Assembly: GCF_000485595.1 (NCBI RefSeq)
Contig: NW_014577076.1
Coordinates: forward strand, 687,192 to 710,913
DNA: 23,722 nt
Source: Priapulus caudatus
Taxonomy: Eukaryota
Reading direction: 5' to 3'
Positions 1 through 10,453 of the stretch are shown here, piece after piece. Each line of letters begins with the position of its first letter. Positions within the stretch are counted from its first letter, which is position 1. A program made the translations under genes and the position numbers. Below the pieces are notes generated by a model, which saw only the letters and a program-made list of their open reading frames with translations, was not told the DNA's origin and did no database searches.

Positions 1-84
1 CATAGAGATACGAATGCACTGTTAGATTTATATGTATATAAATGATGTATGTAAGATATCTATAATGAATGTTTGATGTACAGG

Positions 85-318
85 GCGGAGAGTGCCCGTG
101 TACCCTACGTGCGGCAGGGTGGCGGAGATTGTCCGTGTACCCTGCGTGCGGCAGGGTGGCGGAGAGTGCCCGTGTACCCTGCGTGCGGCAGGGTGGTGGA
201 GAGTGCCCGTGTACCCTGCGTGCGGCAGGGTGGCGGAGAGTGCCCGTGTACCCTGCGTGCGGCAGGGTGGCGGAGAGTGCCCGTGTACCCTGCGTGCGGC
301 AGGGTGGTGGAGATTGCC
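85..318. repeat. GC-rich 37-bp minisatellite, ~6.3 copies (GTGTACCCTGCGTGCGGCAGGGTGGCGGAGAGTGCCC)
   Basis: Units start at 98, 135, 172, 209, 246, 283 (period 37). Each unit has an internal ACCCTG...CAGGGT inverted repeat. No spacers. Confidence 0.95.
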
Positions 319-1662
319 GCATCCCATCTGCACGGTCGCCTTACGTCGTAGAGCGCGCAGCGTGCGTTATATCGATCTTAGCTAGTCTATATCCACGCGG
401 TGAGAGTAGAGAGAGAGAGAGAGAGAGTGCTGCTTGAAATCAGGTTCATCCCACGCGTGTGTGTGGCGAAGTGTTTCATTATCGTTTTTATTTTTATGCG
501 TACAGAGAGGTGTTACAATGTAAAGAGTTCTTGTGAATTCTCGCGTGTAATTTTCATGGGCCTAAAACACAACATTGATATATAACTGATTAATCGTAGG
601 CATGGAATAAAGGTTTTTTGTCTTATCTGATGAGAGTTAAAGTTGATCAACCTCGCAGCTAAATGCATAATTATATATACCTACTGTGAGCTTGCATATG
701 TTGCACAAATTCACTACAACTCATTTGTATTGCTACTTTCATAACATTTCTTCTCAAAATCTAAACGAAATTACTTCTCTTACGAACGTAGCACCAACGT
801 GATGTTTACACATCCGTGACACAGCGGAGCGATCTGCTTGATTCAGTAACAGTTACTTTCTATGATAAAACAAGTTATAATTCATTATTCGATGTTTATT
901 CAGTACAAAATTGTGAAATTTGTTTAAATCATATATCGGTATATATATTACTTATGCAACCAGGAAACAAATATAGTGTTTTCATTCCAGGAACAATTTG
1001 CGCTATGGCGCATGGATACTATTTTGCGTTATCTGGCACTTCGTACAAATTACAATTGCGTACACGCAAGTTTTCAAAATAGCCAACTTCGGAGAACATT
1101 TCTTGCTCAATGAGAACATTTCGTGATGTTTGCACACTGCAAGTATGCTCACAGTAGGTCTATATAGGCCTTTTGTTGTGAGGTCTGTTCGTTTTAAGTT
1201 GGCAGTAGGCACTGTTATGTAGTTTTCGGGAAATACATACTTTCATACCGTGGTTATATCAGGCGGGAAGGAATATTATTGCAATACTTTAATAAATTGT
1301 ATTAGTATAATTAATTGCATTACCATGAAGGCATGTAAAGAATACTTCATAGACATGTTTATTATATTAATAGTGCCAGGTTTTAAATTAATATATGCTA
1401 TACTTATAAAATTTATATATCTTTGAATTGACGCCTTTCTTTTCTTATGAGCCATTGACGATATGATCTGATTTCGATCTGATCATCCGTATTTGTTGAC
1501 AGCTGTGCGACGCAAGCACTTCTGTTATGCTCCTTGTAATAAATAGTTCGTTAAAGAATGATAGAGCGACAGCAGGCGGTAAGACCCCATGGACGAGCTG
1601 AGAGCGCTTGTCAAATCAATGAGTCTAACATGTAATGACGTTGTTACCATTTTCATTTCTAG

Positions 1663-1753
1663 GGCAAGAGAATGTCTACAACTCTCTTGGAGTGGACGTA
1701 CTGGTCAACGCACTGGAAGGCTACAACGCATGTATATTTGCATACGGCCAGAC

Positions 1754-1755
<2 letters not shown>
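1663..1755 (+). CDS. KIF13: Kinesin-3 (KIF13/Khc-73-like) motor-domain internal exon, 93 nt, first half of the P-loop
   Basis: Acceptor tttcatttctAG (1661-1662), donor GTaata (1756). Encodes (G)[30 protein letters not shown](G); [13 protein letters not shown] is the kinesin P-loop lead-in. Phase-1 end joins the exon at 7963 to give GQTGSGKS. Confidence 0.93.

Positions 1756-1757
<2 letters not shown>

Positions 1758-1808
<51 letters not shown>
1758..1808. repeat. (AAT)17 microsatellite abutting the splice donor
   Basis: Perfect AAT run starting at intron position +3. Confidence 0.97.
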
Positions 1809-1810
<2 letters not shown>

Positions 1811-2289
1811 ATGGTTTTTAATTAAACTTTATATACATAGCCTGCATACATGTAACAAAGATGTCACTAGAGGTCAATACAAACGCACGTATACAACTGA
1901 GAAGAGGAATTGATTTTGGTAATTAACAACCACTATTTCCACATACAACTTGCAGTACGTGTACAAAGCATGCGTTCACATACGTTCACATCGTCTGGCA
2001 GCATTCCAGAAAATGGCAGTAAACGTCGAAGCTTGGCAAAGGTTGCCTCCAAATGCACCGTCAGACGTGACATGTTATCAAAAACCGGCTCGCAGCCACC
2101 ATTACTAGTGACAGAGATTGCCGCTCTCCTGCGGAAACGCTGACTGGCTAAATATCACGTTCGCCTCAAACGCCAGCCCGTTATCAGAACTGCTCTTTCC
2201 CTCTCCCCCCCCCCTCCTGTCTACCCTGCTCTTATTCTCTGTCTCCCCCTCTCTATCACTGTCTCTCTCTTTCTCTGTCTCTCGCGCGT

Positions 2290-3183
2290 ATGCGTGCGTG
2301 CGTGCGTGTCTATCTACCTGTCTGTCTGTCTGACCGTCCGTCCGTCCGTCCGTCTACCTATCCATCCATCCATCCATCCATCCATCCATCCATCCATCCA
2401 TCCATCCATCCAATCCATCCATCCATCCATCACATCCATCCTCCATCCATCCATCCATCATCCATCCATCCATCCACCCACTAATCCATCTACCTACCGA
2501 TCCAGTCTGTCTGCCTACCGACCTGTCTACCTACACACCTACACACCTACCTAGTACCTACCTACCTACCTACCTAACTACCTACACACCTACCTTATCC
2601 TACCTACCTACCTACCTACCTACCTTACCTACCTACCTACCTACCTCGTTACCTACCTAACTACCTACAACACCTACCTACTACCTACCTACCTACTACC
2701 TACCACCTACTAGCCTACCTACCACTAGCCTACCTACCTACTACCTACCTACCTACCTACCCTGACCTACCTACCCTACCTAGCTATCCCTACTTACTAG
2801 CCTACCTACCTTACTCACCTACTCTACCTACCTACCTATCCTAACCTAGTCCTTACCTCCTATCCTACCTTACCTACCTACCTACCTACCTACCTACCTA
2901 CTTACCTACCTACCTACCTAGCTACCTACTTACCTACCTACCTACCTACTGACCTGCCTACCTACCTACCTACCTACCTACACACCTACTTACCTACCTA
3001 CCTACCTAGCTACCTACTTACCTACCTACCTACCTACTGACCTGCCTACCTACCTACCTACCTACCTACACACCTACTTACCTACCTACCTACCTAGCTA
3101 GCTACCTACCTAGCTAGCTACCTACCTACCTACCTACTGACCTACCTACCTACGCACCTACTTACCTACCTACCTACCTACCT
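2290..3183. repeat. Compound tetranucleotide microsatellite (GCGT)>(CTGT)>(CCGT)>(CCAT)>(CCTA), with an 88-bp higher-order repeat
   Basis: Read directly. Variant markers CTAGC (2918, 3006) and TGACCTGCC (2950, 3038) recur at an 88-bp period. Confidence 0.92.
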
Positions 3184-4545
3184 AGTCGCACATTCGTGCA
3201 CTCTCACACACACGCCCTCTCTCGCCTCTGTTTCCTTCTCTACCCTTCTCTCTCGCTCTCTCTTTCTATCCCCCTCTCTCCTACGCTCTTTCGGCGAGGC
3301 GCGGCGAGGCGAAACTTTGCGAAGTGTGAACAGGGCGGGTACACACCGATGCTTTCATCATGTCGCCGCCGCACTTTGATGGCGACCCGCTGTCGCCGCG
3401 GCGATGCCGCCACCGCGCCGCGTGTTCTCCACGCGTCCTTCACGCGTGACGCGTGATGTCTGTGACGATGCAAGGCTAGATGTGCCCCGCTCGATGTCAG
3501 CCGACGCGTGGCCACTACTGTACATTACTGCCTGCCGCGCGCATCCGGAGGGACGACATAGAGGCTGCAGTAGCAGTAGGCAGGCGGCTGTGCATGTAGC
3601 AGCGTTCGAGCAAATGTAGAGGGGGTATGTGTGGAGGGGAAATCGACCACGAGACTAATCACCTGCTGGGCAAGGCTGCCCAGGTAGGCTAAGTGGGCTC
3701 CGTGATTAATTGGTATCGGCGTCGCGCAGGTAAATAATTATGCGCTCGCGTGAGATGGACAGTGTTGAACCTTGTCTCTCTCTCTCTATCTCTCCCTCCC
3801 CCCTCTCTCTCTCTCTCTTGAATTTCAGATCGTGGGCGCATAAACAGTTTCAGTCACGCGCGCATATTGGATGCCGCATTGCAGTTTAGCATCACGTTGC
3901 ATTACGTTACAGCATGACATTTTCACCAGAGAAGTGCGAGTGTTACTTGGCTTCACACTATTGTGGCACGTGTCTGTCGAAATTGCATACAGCGTCTCGT
4001 TAGCTGGTCGAACGCTTTCGCGAAAGCCCTTTCAAATATTTACATCAGTATTAGAAATCAATTATATATCGATATACATGTAAGAACTTCTGACGACGCG
4101 TTGAGTTATAACACAAAGTATTGCAATGAAGTTTTCGCCAAAAGTTGGATGCATATATATTGCACTATTACGCTAAAAGCCTCTGGATGCGAAGCTTTTT
4201 TCGAAATATTATCGACCAATTTTTCCGCATGCGAAGCATTCATGATATATATGTGTGGGCACTGTGAAACATGTTCATCTAAGTGGTGGAATATACGTAT
4301 TTTCATTCCATGACCGTCATTTGCGTGTGATCCCACAACCGTACATACTGGTTCTATAAGTGTTAATTTGACGGCCGTATTTACTCGTACATTTAACTTC
4401 AAACACTGCTACCAGTAATGCTGACTGTATGTTTGAACTACAGCCAAATTTGCTTCCATACATTGTATTCTCGCAACGAAATGATACGTTTCTCTCTCCA
4501 AAATTGCTGGTTTTAACTGTGCTCATCCATAGAAAACACACTTGT

Positions 4546-4810
4546 ATAGGCAGTGATGCTCTCTACTACACATGCTTCTATACGCTGTGACCCTGTCTAC
4601 TAAACATACTCAAATAGGCAGTGATCCTCTACTACACATGCTTCTATACGCTGTGACCCTGTCTACTACATATACTCAAATAGGCAGTGATCCTCTACTA
4701 TACATGCTTCTATACGCTGTGACCCTGTCTACTAAACATACTCAATTAGGCAGTGATCCTCTAATACGCATGCTTGTAGACGCTGTGACGCTTTCTACTA
4801 AACATGCTCA
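4546..4810. repeat. 66-bp minisatellite, ~4 copies
   Basis: ATAGGCAGTGATCCTCTACTACACATGCTTCTATACGCTGTGACCCTGTCTACTAAACATACTCAA at ~4546, 4614, 4680, 4746. Explains the 22-aa periodic ORF 4572-4826. Confidence 0.93.
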
Positions 4811-5584
4811 TATATATAGTCATTGACGATTCTTGTTAATCATGTTGGTATTAGCTGTGTCCCTTCAGATTGCACATTCTTGTATAATTTCTGTCTCTCC
4901 CATGCTCTTGTCAACTATGTTCGTCCATCCTACATATGATCTTATAAGCTGTCAACCTGGCAAGCAGAAATTCAGTCTGCACAGCAGGGATTGAGTTGGG
5001 TCTCGTGTACAGTCTATCCTTACCACGGCACAAACTGTACCTTACCGATCCATCGTGTCGGTCAGCTTCAGTTAAAGATGAGAGTCCTCGATGATGCGTT
5101 AATGAGTCACTGAGACACTGAAGCTATCCCTGATCATCATCTACAGTAGGCAGTCTTGCTGAGTGCACTGCTGCGAAGCTACCGCAGACCCCGGCCGTCG
5201 CTACGGCTGTAGGCGCTGCGGGACTCGGATTGCCAGCCACTATATGTGTGCGAGTCATAAATCATGCAAAACATCAATCTCGACTGCAAGTGACCTTTGC
5301 GACGTAGAAAATGTGAAGCACAACATGGTTCTCCTCCTATACACCTAGGTGCCGTGGCGTAGGCGTCTGCTTTTAACAAATAATCCGGTGGTTTCTTTGC
5401 TAGAGGAATTGCTTCTGCATGACTGGTCTGCTATAAAACTAAAACGTTGGTAATGAAGTAAAATGGTTCAAGTTGGCTGGCTTTGCTATTTTATACGTGC
5501 TCCAGTGTCAGGATTTAAACTGCAGTGCACGCTCAGTTAAACACAGATGCGCACATATATACGAACACATTGCATGCGTACATG

Positions 5585-5663
5585 AACACACACAACGGCG
5601 TACAGGAACACACAACGGCGTACAGGAACACACAACGGCGTACAGGAACAAACAACGGCGTAC
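5585..5663. repeat. 20-bp tandem repeat, ~4 copies (AACACACAACGGCGTACAGG)
   Basis: Read directly. Confidence 0.92.
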
Positions 5664-6149
5664 TTATTGCAACACATTCCATGCACGCACGCAGGTACGT
5701 AGACGCGGGTTTGTGTGCACTCGAGTCAACCGGGAACATCAATGTGCATACCAAGCTCACAAAATTGGAGAGAATTTCCCGCGCAATTTGTCACATTCAC
5801 AGATAATTTGATCATTTTTTCCCTCCACATTACTTTCGGACAATTGGCTGAATGTCTTCATTGCCCGAGGCGACTTCGCGTGGCCAAGATTATCGAATTA
5901 TACTTTGGCTCAATAGATGCTAGGGTTTGCTAGAAACTTTGCTGCATAAATCCATACTCGTGCTCTCTATCAGCTATTATTACGAGGACCCCAGCACGAC
6001 GGATTCTTTAACCTTTGATTTACACAGCATGTAAGCACTCATCGATGGAGCAACGCGAGTGTTAACGTAACCATAATATTTTTTACAAACTTAGCTCGTT
6101 TTGGGGTAGTGCGAGACATGCTAGTATGGCTGACAGGGTCTATGTCCCC

Positions 6150-6380
6150 CAGGGTACTGCCGGAACATACCCTGGGTACGGTCTGGTATACCGGAACGTA
6201 CCCTGGTACTATCTAATATGCCGGACCGTACCTCGCCTACTCCACTAACGAGTCTAGGGAGTCGCCTACGCCTACTCCCTAACCCTAACCCTAACCCTAA
6301 CCCTAACCCTAACCCTAACCCTTAACCTAACCATATTGGCATATCAAATAGTGACTAGGGTACGTTCCGGCAGTACCCTG
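6150..6380. mobile_element. MITE-like inverted-repeat element with an internal (CCCTAA)n tract; right end runs into the gap
   Basis: CAGGGTACTGCCGGAACATACCCT (6150-6173) is the reverse complement of AGGGTACGTTCCGGCAGTACCCTG (6357-6380) with 1 mismatch. Internal CCGGAACGTACC-type subrepeats. Seven perfect CCCTAA at 6277-6318. Confidence 0.65.
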
Positions 6381-7171
6381 NNNNNNNNNNNNNNNNNNNN
6401 NNNNNNNNNNNNNNNNNNNNNNNNNNNNNNNNNNNNNNNNNNNNNNNNNNNNNNNNNNNNNNNNNNNNNNNNNNNNNNNNNNNNNNNNNNNNNNNNNNNN
6501 NNNNNNNNNNNNNNNNNNNNNNNNNNNNNNNNNNNNNNNNNNNNNNNNNNNNNNNNNNNNNNNNNNNNNNNNNNNNNNNNNNNNNNNNNNNNNNNNNNNN
6601 NNNNNNNNNNNNNNNNNNNNNNNNNNNNNNNNNNNNNNNNNNNNNNNNNNNNNNNNNNNNNNNNNNNNNNNNNNNNNNNNNNNNNNNNNNNNNNNNNNNN
6701 NNNNNNNNNNNNNNNNNNNNNNNNNNNNNNNNNNNNNNNNNNNNNNNNNNNNNNNNNNNNNNNNNNNNNNNNNNNNNNNNNNNNNNNNNNNNNNNNNNNN
6801 NNNNNNNNNNNNNNNNNNNNNNNNNNNNNNNNNNNNNNNNNNNNNNNNNNNNNNNNNNNNNNNNNNNNNNNNNNNNNNNNNNNNNNNNNNNNNNNNNNNN
6901 NNNNNNNNNNNNNNNNNNNNNNNNNNNNNNNNNNNNNNNNNNNNNNNNNNNNNNNNNNNNNNNNNNNNNNNNNNNNNNNNNNNNNNNNNNNNNNNNNNNN
7001 NNNNNNNNNNNNNNNNNNNNNNNNNNNNNNNNNNNNNNNNNNNNNNNNNNNNNNNNNNNNNNNNNNNNNNNNNNNNNNNNNNNNNNNNNNNNNNNNNNNN
7101 NNNNNNNNNNNNNNNNNNNNNNNNNNNNNNNNNNNNNNNNNNNNNNNNNNNNNNNNNNNNNNNNNNNNNNN
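6381..7171. other. Assembly gap (791 N)
   Basis: Run of N. Confidence 1.
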
Positions 7172-7714
7172 TCAGTTCAGGTTCAACGGATTTTGCTCAT
7201 TTTTGGTATGTGAATGAATAAGGGCTAGGGGTTTTGCAAATTAGGTAGGGTTTGGCAATTATATAGCATATTATATAGACACGCAGATAACAAACAGTCT
7301 GTACGTCACACTCGTCTGGTTTGTTTTACAAGATTTCATTGACAATATCTTTAATGCAAAATTCCTGCTATGAAAATATTATGATTTATACTATTAATAA
7401 TTATTATTATATTATTATTATTACGATATAATGATTTATGCTAAGAAACATCAAAGCGGGTATAGCGCCATCTACCGTCACAAATTGTGGTTCATTTTTG
7501 TTTATAAATTATTTATAATTCATATATAATATTATTTATTATTTTCACATAAAAAATTACATATAATTATCAAGAGTATATAATAGGAGTTCTCCCATAT
7601 ATACTCTTCGTTTCTATAATGTACGTCGATGGTTGCTCAATTAAAACTGACTTCTTCTCACTCACTCATTTGTGTTCTTTTTTGTGGTGAGCTACAGTGT
7701 CCTTTACACTTTTA
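7172..7714 (+). mobile_element. Non-autonomous Helentron-like (HINE/DINE-1-type) element, copy 1 (5' part lost in gap)
   Basis: Matches copies 2-4. Ends in 3' subTIR GGTGAGCTA (7686-7694), then a short stem-loop AGTGTcctttACACT and a T-run. Confidence 0.72.
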
Positions 7715-7962
7715 TTCAGTGCGCGGGCCGTGCGTCGTGTATGTGTGACTAACCCCCCTCCCCCCCATCCCTCTCCCGACTTCCACTCCCTAGCTGCTAC
7801 ATAAGTAGACGAGACGTATACAAGGTGCGCTAAGTGTATAAGGTAGTTGTGCTGTGTCTACTCGGCTGTATATAACTCGTGCATATTACGCGACCACTCG
7901 GATGTTTGACAACTGCCCTCCCATTAGTGATACGTTGGTTGATTATTTTTTCTCTTGCTCAG

Positions 7963-8146
7963 GCTCTGGCAAGTCATATTCGATGATGGGAAATGCAGAC
8001 AACAAGGGCATCATTCCAAGGATATGCGACAGCCTCTTTGAAAGTATTGCTGCTAACAAGGATGATCCCAACCTTCGTTACAATGTAGAAGTGTCATACA
8101 TGGAGATTTATAATGAAAAAGTCAGGGACCTTTTAGATCCCAATAG
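7963..8146 (+). CDS. KIF13: Kinesin-3 (KIF13/Khc-73-like) motor-domain internal exon, 184 nt
   Basis: Acceptor tttttctcttgctcAG (7961-7962), donor GTaggt (8147). Encodes (G)SGKSYSMMGNADNKGIIPRICDSLFESIAANKDDPNLRYNVEVSYMEIYNEKVRDLLDPN(S). VEVSYMEIYNEKVRDLLDP matches KIF13A/B and Khc-73 as I recall them. Confidence 0.95.
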
Positions 8147-8488
8147 GTAGGTACAGCTATTGTGATGAATGCTAGTATCATATCGTATATGAGCCACTGT
8201 GGTGTGTAAAAGAATGGGTAGTGGGCGAAAGGAAATAATGTTTACTTTTTAATTAATAAGGTAGATTGACGGGACCTTGCAAACGAACGCGTATACAATT
8301 TGCTTGCTTTTTTCAATCTTCACTATTTCTTTGTCTTTCTGTCTTTCTGCCTCTGTCTGTCTGTCTGTCTGTCTGTCTTCCTTTTTTCTTTTTTTCTCTT
8401 GCATGCACTTCGCTCGCTCTCTCTGCTTTCTGCTCTCGCTCTCTTCCATACCAATTTGACAGTTCTTTCCTAAATAGTTTATCCCCTG

Positions 8489-9097
8489 TTTTTTAGCTCA
8501 CCTTGACATCGTCAAGCTGAGCTATTGCCATGGGTCGTCGTTCGTCGTACGTCCGTCTGTCCGTCCGTCCGTCCGTTCGTCAACATTTGGCTACCGTCAA
8601 CGATAACTCAGGAACCGTTAGACCCACATGTTTGAAATTGGGTATAGTTGTTACTGCTATGCTCCCATATTAAACGTCCTATTTTGGAGCACGCCAGTCG
8701 ACGTACTTTCGAGCCACGGCAATTTTTTGGCAAAAATGGGAATTGCCATTAGTCAGAACAGGTTCAACGGATTTTGCTCATTTTTGGTATGTGAATGAAT
8801 AAGGGCTAGAGGTTTTGATATTTAAAAAAATTATGCAAATTAGGTAGGGTTTGGCAATTATATAGCATATTATATAGACACGCAGATAACAAACAGTCTG
8901 TGGTGTCACACTCGTCTGGTTCGTTTTACAAGATTTCATTGAAAATATCTTTAATGCAAAATTCCTGCTATGAACATATTATGATTTATACTATTATTAT
9001 TATATTATTATTATTATGATATAATGATTTATGCTAAGAAACATCAAAGCGGGTATAGCGCCATCTACCGTCACAAATTGTGATTCATTTTTGTTTA
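8489..9097 (+). mobile_element. Helentron-like HINE element, copy 2 (3' end cut off at 9097)
   Basis: T-run, then 5' subTIR TAGCTCACC (8494-8502) inside the hairpin AGCTCAcCTTGACatcGTCAAGcTGAGCT, then a (GTCC)n tract. Body homologous to the other copies. Confidence 0.75.
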
Positions 9098-9334
9098 AGC
9101 TAGCGCGCTGCGCGTATACAGGGCGCATACAGAGTGCAATCAGTGCATACAGAGCGTATACAGGGCGCACATGTTAAAAAATCCAACGAATGCACAGCGT
9201 GTTGCTAGCGCGCTGCGCGTATACAGGGCGCACATGTTAAAAAATCCAACGAATGCACAGCGTGTTGCTAGCGCACGGAACGAATGGTCCGCGCATGCAC
9301 CGTGCATTCAACGCACAGCCAGCGAACGGCAGCG

Positions 9335-10346
9335 GTTATGCATGCTGTGACAATGAGCTTGACGGTCTCGGGCTGCTGATGCATCGTGCTCAGGAGAACT
9401 TGGAAACGATTGGCCAGAATTCCGAAGGCATTTTCTACGATCGTCCTGGCTCGGGAAAGCCGGTAGTTCAAGATGCGCTCTGGCCGCGTCATACCCAGGA
9501 GGCTGTATGGCTTCATTATGTTGGGTCGTAGGGCGAAGGCATCATTGCCGACGAAGAAGTAGGGAAGCCTAGACTACCATCTTCAACGCATTCATTCAGC
9601 TCAGAGGCATTGTAGATCTGAACGTTTGATGCTGATCCCATACCGCCGATGTCTGCCCAGATGAACTTGTAATCAGCATCCACAAGCGCCATGAGGACAA
9701 CGGAGTAGAACCCTTTGTAGTTGTAGTATAGGGAACCACTGCTTGGAGGACACTTGCAGTTGACGTGCTTGCCATAAAGTGCACCACAGGTATGGGGGAA
9801 GTTCCACCTCTCTATGAACTTGTCAGATGTGGCACGCCATTCGTCAGGAGTGGTGGGACACTTCATCACCTCATCCTTGTATTCATCGATGATGGCGTGG
9901 CACACTTCTGGGATGAGCAGGGATATGGTGTTGTGAGGCACCCTCCACCCATAGGACATTGAGTGATACTTGGTCCCAGAGGCAAGATACCGCAGAGTGA
10001 GGGCAAGCTTCAGGCCAGGGTCGAGGGCCTCTCTGTAGGTTGTATTCTGCTTGGTGATACTCGGACCCCTTCTGGTTAGCAGCTCGTCGAACATCTTGGG
10101 GGGCATCCGCATGAAGTTCTTGAAGGCTGCCTGGTCTTCGTTACAGAGTTCAACAAGTAGCTGGTCATACAGGCCAAACTGTCATCGCCTACTGATCCAC
10201 GGTCGGACCCAGAACCTCCGTTGACCTCTTCTCTTTCTTCTTCTCCTGATGACATGGACTTGGTGAAGTGCCAGTTCCATGAGGTTCTGCTGATGTTGGA
10301 GAACCGCGATTTCGTATTGTAGTCGCAGCCTGTCGGGATCCTCCAT
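9335..10346 (-). pseudogene. Harbinger (HARBI1/ALP1-like, DDE_Tnp_4) transposase pseudogene
   Basis: From the ATG at 10346: MEDPDRLRLQ...RRFWVRPWISRR*QFGLYDQLL...FKNFMRMPP...LALTLRYLASG...WNFPHTCGALYGKHV...YYNYKGFYSVVLMALVDADYKF...LGFP / frameshift / PYFFVGNDAFALRPNIMKPYS...NYRLSRARTIVENAFGILANRF...VTACI, truncated before the usual LHN. Stop at 10184-10182; deletion/frameshift near 9560. Confidence 0.92.
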
Positions 10347-10431
10347 CTTCTGAGGTGGTTCTTCTAGACACGATCAGCAGGAACCTCTGTCATCACCCAT
10401 GAGGGTCAAAGGAGAAGTGATGATGAGGAGT

Positions 10432-10453
10432 AGGGGCGGGACCCGTTTATATA
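10432..10453 (-). promoter_or_regulatory. Putative TATA box (TATATAAA) of the transposase promoter with an adjacent GC box
   Basis: Minus strand reads GGTATATAAACGGGTCCCGCCCC, ~100 nt upstream of the inferred ATG at 10346. Confidence 0.45.

Noticed and set aside
85..318. CRISPR-like array (37-bp palindromic repeats)
   Set aside because: Units are head-to-tail with no unique spacers, no cas genes, and the context is a eukaryotic intron.
5183..5370. Degenerate inverted repeat (GCAGAC...GTCTGC)
   Set aside because: Match too short and gapped to distinguish from chance.
6277..6332. True telomere / chromosome end
   Set aside because: Only ~9 units, internal to an inverted repeat, and kinesin exons continue in phase on both sides.
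6336..7217. 293-aa ORF
   Set aside because: Artefact of translating through the N gap.
9095..9098. TTA/TAA at the HINE-Harbinger junction as a Harbinger TSD
   Set aside because: No TIR follows (sequence starts mid subterminal repeat), and the rest of HINE copy 2 does not resume after the Harbinger. Better explained as a contig join.
9516..10112. Functional domesticated HARBI1/ALP1-like host gene
   Set aside because: Upstream in-frame stop, frameshifting deletion, C-terminal truncation and transposon-type subterminal repeats.
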